Source: Shigella phage ESh25 | Strand: one strand, 5' to 3' | Sequence record: ON528735 | DNA length: 64,000 bases | In this document: positions 27,684 through 38,180 of the stretch, in pieces | How positions within the stretch are numbered: position 1 is the first letter of the stretch | How the letters are laid out: each line of letters opens with the position of its first letter | Notes under the pieces: generated by a model | What the model was told of the DNA's origin: nothing | Databases searched by the model: none | What the model saw: the letters and a program-made list of their open reading frames with translations, nothing else | Program-made: the position numbers and the translations under genes

Positions 27684-28883
27684 TTTTGTAATAATGTCAA
27701 ACTGTTCTTTAAAGCAGAAGCTTGAATCTTGGTGCTGATACAAAAATTCATATGCTTTTTCTCGCTCACGGTCATAAAGAGCTCGGTCAGATGACAGTTC
27801 TTTAATACGTTCAAATGTTGATTCCATATCATTTTCATCAAACCAAATGATACCGCTATCATGCGAGGTCAAAGGAGTATTATCAACACGGAATTTTAAA
27901 TTTTCGCCAGTAGATTTCCAAAATACCGGAATTGTTCCACATGCACCAAGCTCGAGATGAGTATATTCTAAAGAGCGCTGTAGATATTTTTTATCCAACT
28001 TACTCAACTGATAACCAAAACCGGATTTACTCATACGTTCAAGCATTTCGCTATTTACATAACGGTCAAGAATTTGCGTTGGCAAATTAGGAGCAATTTT
28101 AATTTGGTCTACTTGATGAAGACGATAATACTCGTATGGAATTCCTTTTTCTTTAATAGGAATGAACGCTGGAGAACGTTCCAGACCTTCCATAATAGTA
28201 CTTAGTCCTGCAGGTTTAAGATGTTTTTCGTGAAAATCAAACATCTGATAAAAACCTTTCCATGTAGTCGTACGACCAATCCAACGGTTGATATTCATAT
28301 TAATTTCAGAAACATCTTTCCAATAGGTTGATCGAACTTTCGCAATATCCATAGGAGGCTGAAAGTTATATACGGTCGGTGCTTCTTCAATATCATCAAA
28401 CAGAGAAACTGTTTCAGGATACCATTCTTTCATCAGAACTTTATTAAAATCACCATTATCAGAATGGCTAAAAATAACATCAGCTCGACGAACAGTTTCT
28501 TCTAATCCCAAATTTCGACGCAAAGAAAGAGAAGAATGGTCATGCTGATAAACTACAACACGAACAGAAGGTTTAATGTTATCAATAATTTTTTTATAGT
28601 TATTAATAGTGTCTTCTTCAACCGAAGTAGCAGGAACTGAATTGATAATTAGAATATCACAATCATTTACCAGCTTAAGTGTTTTATCGTATTCTTTTGC
28701 CAATAAAACCGGAATTGAAAATGATTTATAATCATGCGCGCAATTACGAGTAAATGATTTATCTTTAGCATAAACCAAAGTCACTTCATGACCATTTTTA
28801 ATAAACCAATCACGTTGCTCGAGTGAGAATTTTGTTACACCACAACCTTCAAGACCTCGAGCCATAAAAATACATACTTTCAT
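27681..28883 (-). CDS. agt: DNA alpha-glucosyltransferase
   Basis: 400 aa; sequence recognised as T4 alpha-gt. Confidence 0.93.
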   Translation of the reverse strand: MKVCIFMARGLEGCGVTKFSLEQRDWFIKNGHEVTLVYAKDKSFTRNCAHDYKSFSIPVLLAKEYDKTLKLVNDCDILIINSVPATSVEEDTINNYKKIIDNIKPSVRVVVYQHDHSSLSLRRNLGLEETVRRADVIFSHSDNGDFNKVLMKEWYPETVSLFDDIEEAPTVYNFQPPMDIAKVRSTYWKDVSEINMNINRWIGRTTTWKGFYQMFDFHEKHLKPAGLSTIMEGLERSPAFIPIKEKGIPYEYYRLHQVDQIKIAPNLPTQILDRYVNSEMLERMSKSGFGYQLSKLDKKYLQRSLEYTHLELGACGTIPVFWKSTGENLKFRVDNTPLTSHDSGIIWFDENDMESTFERIKELSSDRALYDREREKAYEFLYQHQDSSFCFKEQFDIITK

Positions 28884-28935
28884 TTAATATCCTCATTGTT
28901 TTGGTTTATTTTACCAAAAATTTATAAAGCAATAT

Positions 28936-28951
28936 AGGAGCCGAAGCTCCT
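28936..28951 (-). terminator. intrinsic terminator hairpin
   Basis: aggagccgaagctcct. Confidence 0.45.
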
Positions 28952-29126
28952 ATTCGCATAATACACCGTATAGAGGCTCATTAGAGCTTCTAAATTTTAT
29001 ACGCTTATATGTTATAGTTCCTTCTGCTTTAGCTTTATCATGAGACTCTTTAAAGCGTCTCATCATTTCCTCTTTAGAGGAACGAATTTTATTATAATCT
29101 ATTTCAGAAGTCTGGATGTTCATCTT

Positions 29127-29333
29127 TCATAACTGCCACCATTTTTTGACTTGATAAGAATCAACCCACACTTTCATATTAGGGTCTGCTCTTACAATAG
29201 GAGGATTAACTTCTTTAATTGAACTATCATGGTATTCTTTTTCAGAAATTTTCACACAAAGATGACCATTCAAAGATTCAGTAAATCCTGCATTAATTTT
29301 AAGACGCTTGAATTTTACGTGTGTAAGCATCAA
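29127..29333 (-). CDS. hypothetical protein
   Basis: 68 aa ORF. Confidence 0.45.
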   Translation of the reverse strand: MMLTHVKFKRLKINAGFTESLNGHLCVKISEKEYHDSSIKEVNPPIVRADPNMKVWVDSYQVKKWWQL

Positions 29334-29616
29334 TCATATCCTCAATCTGCGATCTAGTAGTCTTCCAAAGAATACTGATAAGTTCATCGTTATATGGCTG
29401 TTTTAGAATATCCCGACTTTTCTTGATAGCATATTCGTATTGAGCAAAATTATTATTTTCAGCCGCAATCTGAGCATGCTTATAAAGACGATTCAGTTCG
29501 CGTTTGTTTTTAGACAATAACTTATTTGCTTTTCTTTCTGCTTCAAGACGGTTCTTTTCTTCAATAGAAGAAATAAGCTTTTCCACTTCATCATTAATTT
29601 CGGGTTTATCAGTCAT
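29299..29616 (-). CDS. hypothetical protein
   Basis: 105 aa ORF. Confidence 0.5.
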   Translation of the reverse strand: MTDKPEINDEVEKLISSIEEKNRLEAERKANKLLSKNKRELNRLYKHAQIAAENNNFAQYEYAIKKSRDILKQPYNDELISILWKTTRSQIEDMIDAYTRKIQAS

Positions 29617-29617
29617 A

Positions 29618-29836
29618 TTATTTCTCTAATATAAAATAAAAATCATCATCTGTTAAATGATACCGATAGTTTAATTCTACACCATTAGATTTAAAAGCGG
29701 TATCATACGGATTTTCTGGATCAATATCAATGTCAAGAGCTAAAACTTCCCTGAGATACATTTTAAGTAAATAGGGAATAGCTTCAACTTCAGGTATTTC
29801 TTCCAAGAATCCGGAGAGGTTAATCGTTAGCCTCAT
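29618..29836 (-). CDS. hypothetical acidic protein
   Basis: 72 aa ORF. Confidence 0.45.
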
Positions 29837-30377
29837 ATAAAAAATCCAAACTAGGAGAATCGTCTACAACACTTTTCTTTTCAGCCCCCGGTGTTCTATA
29901 GGTTGATTCTTCGTAATGCGTCATTTTATCGTAGATGTCTTGAATAAAAGTTTCATCTACTAACGCAACCATATCGTCGTCACGGCTGTCATAGACATTG
30001 TGAACGAAGTAACTATATTTCTTTGCAACTTCCTTACGTTCTTTTTTAATACGTTGGACGAATGCATTAAAACAAGCTTGAGTTATATATGCATGTGGGT
30101 TTTTATATTTCGTTTCATCAAAATTATGAAGCCCCTTAATAGAAGCTTCTATACCATCTGCAATCATTTCTTGTTTCCAGGACTGGGTGTATCCTGAAAA
30201 GTTGAAACGTTTAGATAAGCCTTCTGCAATAAGCATAATGGCTAATCCGATAGTATCATTCTGACGAACTACTTTATTTGGGTCTTTATTATTTGCTAAT
30301 TCTGTTTTCCAATCAATAATAGCTTGTAAAAGCTCTTTATTGTTTACGTAATTATATTTAGGCTTAGTTTCTGACAT
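29820..30377 (-). CDS. 55: late sigma factor gp55
   Basis: Track ORF trimmed to [11 protein letters not shown] giving 185 aa, the T4 gp55 length. Confidence 0.9.
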
Positions 30378-30455
30378 TTTCACCTCTTAGCTCAATTCAT
30401 AGATCTATTATATCATAATATTTGAAGATCTATCTTAAAGCATAGAGGATATCAG

Positions 30456-30725
30456 TTATCTAAGTAAACAGTATGCTTGGAATACTTTTTCCATCATCTT
30501 TTTAAATTCATGAATATCTATATAATGACTAGTTAGATCAGCATGATATAAAAAGTCTAAAAACTTTTCATGTGTACTAACATATTCACTTTCATTTAAT
30601 TCAGAAACATGGCTTTCCCAATATCCAACACCAGTCTTATTTGGGAAAAATGAAATTTTCATGTATTGGTCAACATAGAAAATGCCATAATTTTCAATAG
30701 TAATAGAAATATTAATAAATTTCAT
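30456..30725 (-). CDS. hypothetical protein
   Basis: 89 aa ORF. Confidence 0.45.
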   Translation of the reverse strand: MKFINISITIENYGIFYVDQYMKISFFPNKTGVGYWESHVSELNESEYVSTHEKFLDFLYHADLTSHYIDIHEFKKMMEKVFQAYCLLR

Positions 30726-30937
30726 ACATTCATCAACTTAGCCGCTTCGAGAGCTGCATCTAGTGAATCAAATTGATCGACATATTCAATCAGTTTGCCG
30801 TAATTAGCGTATAACCACCATTGGCTAAATTCATACTCAAGGATAAATCCATTTCCTTCAATTTGAGTTAAACCAATGCCATTTGTATTTACTTCATACC
30901 CAGCAAGACGTAAATCGTTAATAAGAGCTTCGTTCAT
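30722..30937 (-). CDS. hypothetical protein
   Basis: 71 aa ORF. Confidence 0.45.
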   Translation of the reverse strand: MNEALINDLRLAGYEVNTNGIGLTQIEGNGFILEYEFSQWWLYANYGKLIEYVDQFDSLDAALEAAKLMNV

Positions 30938-30939
30938 AA

Positions 30940-31266
30940 TTATACCTTAGTAATTTTCAGGTCTACAAATTTTTTCTTGCGTTGATTTTTCATACGACGA
31001 ATAGTTTTATCGGAAATTTCATGCTTTTGATAAGCTTTAGATTCTACACCAAAAGCTTTAACATCAAATTCTGACAAGATATATTGAACCAACAATTCAC
31101 GGACAGTATTGCGTCCAATTTTCTGATCATTCTGTTTCATCGTCTGATGAAGCTCTTTTTCCCATTTATCCAAAATTTGAGGAGTTACAATATCGCCTTT
31201 TTCTAGCAAAGAAACTACTTTATCATATGCGTAAGAATTGATGGCGTTTTTAATTTGAATAGTCAT
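30940..31266 (-). CDS. hypothetical protein
   Basis: 108 aa ORF. Confidence 0.5.
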   Translation of the reverse strand: MTIQIKNAINSYAYDKVVSLLEKGDIVTPQILDKWEKELHQTMKQNDQKIGRNTVRELLVQYILSEFDVKAFGVESKAYQKHEISDKTIRRMKNQRKKKFVDLKITKV

Positions 31267-31304
31267 ACATTATCCTCAATTACGTTAAAATTTTATTATC
31301 CAAA

Positions 31305-31320
31305 AAGGGCCGAAGCCCTT
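31305..31320 (-). terminator. intrinsic terminator hairpin
   Basis: aagggccgaagccctt. Confidence 0.45.
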
Positions 31321-31519
31321 AGCTAAACTGTTTGGCACCCTTCCAGCCTTCGTACATCATTGCGACTGACAATGACAAAGCTCCTTCGCATGCTGCATAC
31401 TTATTATTCCAGAACCAATTTAGAAAAACTTCATCCTCAATACCATTGTGTTTCATGTTCTGGAAAAATTTGGCGCGTTCTTCACGAAGCTTTTGCGATA
31501 ACATAGATTCAGGATTCAT
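31319..31519 (-). CDS. hypothetical protein
   Basis: 66 aa ORF. Confidence 0.4.
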   Translation of the reverse strand: MNPESMLSQKLREERAKFFQNMKHNGIEDEVFLNWFWNNKYAACEGALSLSVAMMYEGWKGAKQFS

Positions 31520-31658
31520 TTAAATTTTCCAGTTACCGTTTTCATCAATAAATTTAATCCAGTCATTTACTGACCACTTAGTTGTATCGCCTTTTGGAGT
31601 AACATTTAAAGTATATAGCCCTTGCTTAAAAAGCATTCGTTTGATATTCATATTTTCC

Positions 31659-31991
31659 TCAGCTGTAACGATAGCACTCGTTTGATTTACGCTTAGCAAC
31701 TAGTTGAGAAGTATTATAATCAAAATCATCGTCAATGTAAACTGATTTTTTCAACTTTCTTACTTCACCACGTAATTGGCGATTTAGCTCATCTTTAACT
31801 TCTGAATCAATACCTTTCATTCTACGCCATTTATCTGAGCGAAAAATGTTTTCAACCATATCTTTATGACTTACACCGTCTGGAGCTTTACGCTTTCCAA
31901 AATAGTCATAATCACGCACTTTTAAGTCTTTACGACGATACGTTTTACCCATGGAGTTTAATTTCCTTAGCAACTGAACTAAATGCAGCAC
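31659..31991 (-). CDS. hypothetical basic protein
   Basis: 110 aa ORF. Confidence 0.45.
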   Translation of the reverse strand: MLHLVQLLRKLNSMGKTYRRKDLKVRDYDYFGKRKAPDGVSHKDMVENIFRSDKWRRMKGIDSEVKDELNRQLRGEVRKLKKSVYIDDDFDYNTSQLVAKRKSNECYRYS

Positions 31992-32285
31992 GATCGCAAA
32001 TCATGCGTTTATGTAACTTGAGTATAATATAGCAAACTTCAAAACTATTTACATGAGTAACACGAACAGCATTACCATTAATGAGATAATACTGTCCCTT
32101 TTTAATTTCTTTATCAACCACAACCATATCAAATCCTCAAAGGCAATTCATATGTTAATAATACCACGGTTTGAACTTGTTGTAAACAACTTTGTGAAAA
32201 ATATTTTAGGGAATGACAAGAAGGGAACGATAGCTTAGAATGGTAATATACAGAATGCGAGAAAGAAAGGCCCAGAGGGCCCGTC

Positions 32286-32609
32286 TTAATCTTCTATGAT
32301 ATCTCTATCATATCCAAGTGAAATGAGAGTTTCTTTGAAGTGTTTAATGTTCTTTTGTCTAGAATCATTAATGAAAATGACAGGATACCGAATATTAAGA
32401 GATGTGAATCCGGCGCGTTTGGCAAGAGATACAATCAGTGGACGATCATACTCAATCTTACCATTATTAGTAAGAACTTTATAAAAAGTAAAAGGAGCAT
32501 TGAGCTCCTTTAGAAGTTTTGTAACTGATTGACATCCAGGACAACGACCTACTTCATCTGGAATTCCATAGACTTCAATCTTATTCTTTAAGTTCGAGTT
32601 TTGTTCCAC
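32286..32609 (-). CDS. nrdH: NrdH-like glutaredoxin/thioredoxin-fold protein
   Basis: CPGC redox motif; lies 5' of nrdG/nrdD as nrdH does in T4; 150 aa track ORF starts at GTG with implausible N-terminus, so start placed at an internal GTG; start uncertain. Confidence 0.45.
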   Translation of the reverse strand: MEQNSNLKNKIEVYGIPDEVGRCPGCQSVTKLLKELNAPFTFYKVLTNNGKIEYDRPLIVSLAKRAGFTSLNIRYPVIFINDSRQKNIKHFKETLISLGYDRDIIED

Positions 32610-32892
32610 GAGAAATAATTCCTTGGTAAGCCCAATAAGGAGGATTAACAGAATCCTCACCAGAGTTTTCTTCAGGAAAATAAACCTGGATAACGAAGCC
32701 GGATTCATCAAAGGTAAAATAAACCGTAGGCAGTTCACCTAACAAATCGGCACGAGCGTTGATTTCTTCGAGGTCTTGTTCACGTCCAGTCCAGAAGCTT
32801 GGGTTCAGACTACATTCATAGAAATAATAGTCATTACCGAACATATCAAAACCATTCCAACTCTCTACTACATACCGCTCAAAACTAATCAT
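32581..32892 (-). CDS. hypothetical acidic protein
   Basis: 103 aa ORF. Confidence 0.45.
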   Translation of the reverse strand: MISFERYVVESWNGFDMFGNDYYFYECSLNPSFWTGREQDLEEINARADLLGELPTVYFTFDESGFVIQVYFPEENSGEDSVNPPYWAYQGIISRGTKLELKE

Positions 32893-33226
32893 AATTAATC
32901 CTTTTTATCAAGAACCGCATTCAGCTTGTTAGTAATTTTATCCAGACGCTCATTGAACTCACTAGAAGATAAGCCCTTTTCTGGAGAAATTAAACTAATC
33001 ACGAAAAATATAGCAATAAAAGGAATAAGGAAAATAGCTCTCCAACTGCCATAAACAGAAAGAATGTTACAGTTGTAAGAAAATCAGCTAAACCTTTACG
33101 AAATTTATACATATTTACCCTTAATTAATTAACCAAGCATTGATAAGCACTAAACTATATTGCGAATAAAATTCTGGACCAAAATGAAAAATCATATCAT
33201 TTATAGTATCCATAATGTAATTCAAT

Positions 33227-33697
33227 TTAATCATGTGTCCACACCCCATCGGTATTTGACCAAAGTCGTTGATTATCTGATCCTCGCCACAGCTTTTTGG
33301 TCGGAAGATTTTTCTCATACTTCCCATCAATAATAACATCAACATATTTAAGCATTTCTAGTTGTTTAATATCTTCAAACTTATATCCTGTCCACAACCA
33401 AATGCTTTTATTGGGATAAAGATTTTTAATAGTTTGAACCACAGAGTGAATCACGTCTCTGTTATCAGGATAAAGAGGGTCACCTCCGGTTATAGTTAAT
33501 CCTTCTATATAATCATTATTCAAACATTCAATTAATTGTTCTAATGTTTCACCGGTGAATGGAATACCATTTCTAGCATTCCATGTTGATTTATTATAAC
33601 ACCCTTCGCATTTATGCAAACACCCCGTAACGAAAAGAACTGTCCTGCATCCAGGACCATTAACAAAGCAGCACGGGTATATTCTGTCATAATTCAT
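33227..33697 (-). CDS. nrdG: anaerobic ribonucleotide reductase activase NrdG (radical SAM)
   Basis: 156 aa; cysteine cluster CLHKCEGC; follows nrdD. Confidence 0.9.
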   Translation of the reverse strand: MNYDRIYPCCFVNGPGCRTVLFVTGCLHKCEGCYNKSTWNARNGIPFTGETLEQLIECLNNDYIEGLTITGGDPLYPDNRDVIHSVVQTIKNLYPNKSIWLWTGYKFEDIKQLEMLKYVDVIIDGKYEKNLPTKKLWRGSDNQRLWSNTDGVWTHD

Positions 33698-34526
33698 TTA
33701 TATATTTCCAATTATAGCCTTCAACACTTTTACGTTCGCCATTTAAACATTTTAAAATATTTCCTTTGCTAGAAATATTAAAATATTTTGCTGCGTCTGG
33801 TATATAATTAAATGTTTTTAAAAGAACACCATCTTTATATGCGCCAAATAAATTAAGAGTATATTTTTCTCGAAGACGCTGATGTTTCCTTTTCATAACC
33901 TCAGGATTTGCATACGCCAACTTCAATGAATTTCTGTGTTTTTCTTTTACTTCAGGTTTTTGCATTGCTAACTTAGTTAGCCTGGAAATTTTATTTCTAA
34001 CTTCGTCAGTTTTCATTGCATTTGACAAATTTAATAAAGTTTTATTTCTAACTTCAGGTTTTTGCATTGCTAACTTAGTTAGTTCTCTATGTCTTTTTCT
34101 AAAATCGTCATCCTTCCATATATTTTTCGATAATTTTGACATAGAGCGGTGAAATAATTCCTTTTCACTGGAATACAATTTAAAAATTTCATCCAATTCA
34201 TCCGCATTAAATCTATCGGTATTCGAGTTTATCATTCTATGAAAGGCATAACACATTTTACTATTGCTTGTTTTAGCTAAATAGTAATGAGCTAACGCAT
34301 GGTCATAATATGACAAATTAACAATATTCCATTTATCTGTTTTATATTCAGGAAATATAGATTTGGGAAGCACGTGATGTGCTTCCGTTTTTCCTTTTAT
34401 TTTAGGATTATTATAATTTTTTGTTATCAAATCAACATATGACAATAGTAAATCATTATTTTCTTCAAATATTAAAGCTAATTTATCATTCACAAAATCG
34501 CAAGGATAAAATCTATCATAATTCAT
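33687..34526 (-). CDS. HNH homing endonuclease (Mob-like) fused to a duplicated nrdG 5' end
   Basis: 279 aa; HHVLPKS...N...H motif; first 14 residues MNYDRFYPCDFVND parallel nrdG MNYDRIYPCCFVNG. Confidence 0.7.
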   Translation of the reverse strand: MNYDRFYPCDFVNDKLALIFEENNDLLLSYVDLITKNYNNPKIKGKTEAHHVLPKSIFPEYKTDKWNIVNLSYYDHALAHYYLAKTSNSKMCYAFHRMINSNTDRFNADELDEIFKLYSSEKELFHRSMSKLSKNIWKDDDFRKRHRELTKLAMQKPEVRNKTLLNLSNAMKTDEVRNKISRLTKLAMQKPEVKEKHRNSLKLAYANPEVMKRKHQRLREKYTLNLFGAYKDGVLLKTFNYIPDAAKYFNISSKGNILKCLNGERKSVEGYNWKYINEL

Positions 34527-36340
34527 TGGTGTTTAACCCTATGCATGATTTCTTTATTTTTGCCAAGATTAAATCCGCGCTCGTTCGGATTTCCCAAATA
34601 ACCACATGTTCTTCTTATTGTGTTCATCTTTTTAGGATCAGTTTCTCCACAAATAGAACAAACAAATCCGTTTTCAGTAGGAGTCATTTCATGGGTACTT
34701 CCGCATGTAAAACACTTATCTACTGGCATATTAACACCAAAATAATCTAAATGCTGTGCAGCATAATCCCACACGGCCTCAAGACCTTTTAAGTTATTTT
34801 TCATATCAGGAAGTTCAACATAAGAAATGTGACCACCTGTCGCAATGAAATGATATGGCGCTTCACGAGAAATCTTTTCAAACGGAGTAATATTTTCTTC
34901 TACTGAAACATGGAAACTGTTAGTGTACCAGCCTTTATCAGTAACATCTTTTACGCTTCCATATTTTTCTGTATCGAGTTTACAGAAGCGATAACAAAGG
35001 TTTTCAGCAGGAGTCGAATATAAACTAAAAGCAAACCCAGTTCTTTCAGTCCACTGTTTAAGACGAGCATTCATTTTAGTTAAAATTTCTTGTCCAATAT
35101 CACGACCGACAAGAATATTCAATTCATGAATACCAATGTATCCTAAAGACACTGAACTTCTACCGTTTTTAAATAACTCAATTATGTCGTCATCAGGTTT
35201 AAGACGAACCCCGAATGCACCTTCTTGGTAAAGAATAGGAGCAACAGTCGCTTTAACTCCTTTTAAGGAACTAATTCTACACATCAAAGCTTCAAAACAT
35301 AAATCCATTCGTTCATTGAACAATTCGATAAATTTCTGTTCATTGAACTGTGTTCCAATATAAGAATCTAATGCGATACGAGGAAGATTCAGTGTTACAA
35401 CACCGAGATTATTACGTCCATCAAGAATTTCATTGCCAGTCGAATCTTTCCATACGCTCAAGAAACTACGACAACCCATTGGAGAAACAGGAATAGATGA
35501 GCCAGTGATAGCTTTATTGTTCTTAGCTGAAATAATATCAGGATACATTCTTTTGCTTGCGCACTCTAAAGCAAGTTGCTTAATGTCGTAATTCGGATCG
35601 TCTTTATAAAGATTAACGCCTTCTTCAACGAACATAACAAGCTTAGGGAAAATAGGAGTTATCCCATCACGACCAAGACCTTTAATACGATTTTTCAGAA
35701 TTGCTTTCTGAATCATTCGTTCAGTCCAGTCAGTTCCCGTACCAAATGTAATTGTTACAAAAGGCGTTTGTCCGTTTGAACTAAAGAGAGTGTTTACTTC
35801 ATATTCATAAGCTTGGAATGCATCGTATACATCTTTTTCTGTTTTAGATTGAGCATAATTTAACGCATCAGCGATTTGCCATTTTTCTGCATCCTCAATA
35901 TGTTTTGCATAGGTGCGTTTAACATAAGGAGAAAGTACTTTATCTACATTCGCAAAAGTCGTTCCGCCGTATTGGTGAGAAGCAACCTGTGCAGTAATTT
36001 GTGCCATAATTGCAGTAGCAACGCCAATTGATTTAGGAGTTTCAATCTGTGCATTACCAAGCTTAAATCCGTTCTCAAGCATTCCTTTTAAATCTACTAA
36101 ACAACAATTAGTAAATGGAAGAGCAGGGGAATAATCAATATCATGGAAATGAATAATTCCGCTTTCATGCGCTTTCATAATAAAAGACGGGACCATATTT
36201 TTGGCAATGTGTTTAGACACAATACCAGCCATAAGGTCCCGTTGAGTTGGAAAAACACGAGAATCTTTATTAGCATTCTCGTTTAAAAGGTCTTTATTAG
36301 TTTTATGAATCAATCCTTCAATTTCTTTTTCAATTGTCAT
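34523..36340 (-). CDS. nrdD: anaerobic ribonucleotide reductase NrdD, intron-less
   Basis: 605 aa continuous ORF with glycyl radical region and C-terminal Cys cluster. Confidence 0.95.
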   Translation of the reverse strand: MTIEKEIEGLIHKTNKDLLNENANKDSRVFPTQRDLMAGIVSKHIAKNMVPSFIMKAHESGIIHFHDIDYSPALPFTNCCLVDLKGMLENGFKLGNAQIETPKSIGVATAIMAQITAQVASHQYGGTTFANVDKVLSPYVKRTYAKHIEDAEKWQIADALNYAQSKTEKDVYDAFQAYEYEVNTLFSSNGQTPFVTITFGTGTDWTERMIQKAILKNRIKGLGRDGITPIFPKLVMFVEEGVNLYKDDPNYDIKQLALECASKRMYPDIISAKNNKAITGSSIPVSPMGCRSFLSVWKDSTGNEILDGRNNLGVVTLNLPRIALDSYIGTQFNEQKFIELFNERMDLCFEALMCRISSLKGVKATVAPILYQEGAFGVRLKPDDDIIELFKNGRSSVSLGYIGIHELNILVGRDIGQEILTKMNARLKQWTERTGFAFSLYSTPAENLCYRFCKLDTEKYGSVKDVTDKGWYTNSFHVSVEENITPFEKISREAPYHFIATGGHISYVELPDMKNNLKGLEAVWDYAAQHLDYFGVNMPVDKCFTCGSTHEMTPTENGFVCSICGETDPKKMNTIRRTCGYLGNPNERGFNLGKNKEIMHRVKHQ

Positions 36341-36810
36341 TTTAAACTCTTTCTAAGCTGCTTCTTAAATGAAGCTATTAATTGTGTTTTAGTGTCAGAT
36401 TCATTATATTCAAATCCTCTTTGAAGCATCTCAGCCATCATTTCCTCTTTTCCTAAACGAGAAAATTCCTTTGATTTATCTCCAACAAAGTTAGGGTGAA
36501 TATTATTTTGGGTGTAATCGGATTTTAAATAAGTAAGTAAATTTTCTAACCATTCAAGATAATCAACACCTTGCCCCTTTAAGCCAGAACGATTAAATTT
36601 ATGTTTCATTTGACCTTCTGCGGCATTGCAGAGATTACAAAGCAATCCACGTACCTTTCCTGCTTTTGGTCCATTTAATTCATGGTCATGGTCGAGGTGA
36701 TTAGCTTGAACATCAGGATTTAGTTCTCGTTGGCAAATTAAGCATTTACCGTTTTGTGCATCATAAAATTTCTGTTTTTCTTCTTTGTATAATTTGCCAG
36801 TCAATAGCAT
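36337..36810 (-). CDS. 49: endonuclease VII (gp49)
   Basis: 157 aa; HLDHDHELNGPKAGKVRGLLCNLCN motif. Confidence 0.9.
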   Translation of the reverse strand: MLLTGKLYKEEKQKFYDAQNGKCLICQRELNPDVQANHLDHDHELNGPKAGKVRGLLCNLCNAAEGQMKHKFNRSGLKGQGVDYLEWLENLLTYLKSDYTQNNIHPNFVGDKSKEFSRLGKEEMMAEMLQRGFEYNESDTKTQLIASFKKQLRKSLK

Positions 36811-36851
36811 AATAAACCCTTACCTTAAATAGATAAGGGTATTTATTATTT

Positions 36852-37355
36852 TCAAGTATTGTAAAACATTTGATTCAATCGCTTATATTGCCGAATCTTT
36901 TGGTCAGAAAAAGAAATTTGGGTTTCAAGCCATTCAATATATTCTGCCGCAGCTTGCATCAAATTTCCTTCATAGCCATCGTTATTTTCTTGTGCAGCTA
37001 ATTTAGCTAATGCGTATGAAATACGTTCACCTTGAAAATCAGCTTTAGGCTTCTGAACAACTTGATTAGTTCTATCTACAACTTCTTCAATTTCGCCATT
37101 TTCTACTGATTCAGTATTCCACAAGCACCAATACGTAATTGGCTTATCGTAGATGTTAATAATCTTTCCATCAGAAAGTTCAATTTCAATAATTCCAGTA
37201 TCAGGCTCTATATCATCTTCACATTCTTTTGCAAGTTCACGAACTTTAAAGACAGTACCTGCACTAAGTTCCGGCCAGTAATTACACAGCCCTTTATCAG
37301 CACGATTAATTCTAAACCACTTATCTACTGTAATCATGTCCCATCTCCATATCAA
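36852..37355 (-). CDS. hypothetical protein
   Basis: 167 aa ORF. Confidence 0.5.
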   Translation of the reverse strand: MIWRWDMITVDKWFRINRADKGLCNYWPELSAGTVFKVRELAKECEDDIEPDTGIIEIELSDGKIINIYDKPITYWCLWNTESVENGEIEEVVDRTNQVVQKPKADFQGERISYALAKLAAQENNDGYEGNLMQAAAEYIEWLETQISFSDQKIRQYKRLNQMFYNT

Positions 37356-37460
37356 TTATGTCATTTATTGTAGGTTCATTATATACTGTTTCTTCATCAG
37401 TGTAAACCGGTTCTTCCGGCTCTGGCTCTACTGTTCCCCATCTAGCCGCCCACCAAGGTT

Positions 37461-37781
37461 TTATAGCGTAATCCATTCTCGTATTGTCTGAGTTACTACA
37501 CGTTCACGGGGCTCGACTAGTTCAACAGTCGGAACTGCATAATACCAGTCAGAATGGTAAGAACCTGAGCGAGATTCATTTACAGACACATGTACGTTAT
37601 GTTTTGGACTAAAATAAACGCACTGCCGATATTGGCATTTGCCATCTTGTACCCAATCTTCTATTTCGACAGGTTTAAGATAATCCGAAAAATCGAAATC
37701 ATAATTTTCTGAAAATGCATCATGGTCTTCGATGATTTCGCTCAGAACTGCATCAACATCTAATTTATTTTCAATATTCAT
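37461..37781 (-). CDS. hypothetical acidic protein
   Basis: 106 aa ORF. Confidence 0.5.
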   Translation of the reverse strand: MNIENKLDVDAVLSEIIEDHDAFSENYDFDFSDYLKPVEIEDWVQDGKCQYRQCVYFSPKHNVHVSVNESRSGSYHSDWYYAVPTVELVEPRERVVTQTIREWITL

Positions 37782-37791
37782 TTTTCACCAA

Positions 37792-38001
37792 TTAATTTCG
37801 CAATTTATTAAGTTCTTCATCATCAATCCAGGATTCTAGTCCTGATGGCAGGTCACATTCAATTTCCCAAAGAAGTTCTTCAATTTTCTGAAGACGATCT
37901 AATTCTTCGGCTGGAATAGTAACCATTGACGGAGTTCTTGATACACTAATATCGTAAATCATATTTACCCCAGTTTGACCATGCAATCGCCATATTTCCA
38001 T
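37792..38001 (-). CDS. hypothetical protein
   Basis: 69 aa ORF. Confidence 0.45.
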   Translation of the reverse strand: MEIWRLHGQTGVNMIYDISVSRTPSMVTIPAEELDRLQKIEELLWEIECDLPSGLESWIDDEELNKLRN

Positions 38002-38180
38002 TTAGAAATAGACTTTTCACCGTTAGAATAATAAACTTCGAGTTTAGCACGATTATTTTTAATTTGAATAACCTTTGCTGTCATCAAAGTTCCATACCCG
38101 TAATAAACTGCAACCTCATCACCTACATATACCGCGCTTCCGCGGTAGTCATGGATATAATCAGTTCCTTCGAGCATCAT
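37965..38180 (-). CDS. hypothetical protein
   Basis: 71 aa ORF. Confidence 0.45.
   Translation of the reverse strand: MMLEGTDYIHDYRGSAVYVGDEVAVYYGYGTLMTAKVIQIKNNRAKLEVYYSNGEKSISKWKYGDCMVKLG

Noticed and set aside
27641-27862. 73 aa ORF overlapping the 3' end of alpha-gt
   Set aside because: Out-of-frame overlap with a highly conserved gene; the 46 aa ORF in the intergenic part is the better candidate.
36852-37355. Possible Pin (Lon protease inhibitor) assignment for the 167 aa ORF after gene 49
   Set aside because: Based only on approximate position and size; I cannot recall the Pin sequence well enough, so it is left as hypothetical.
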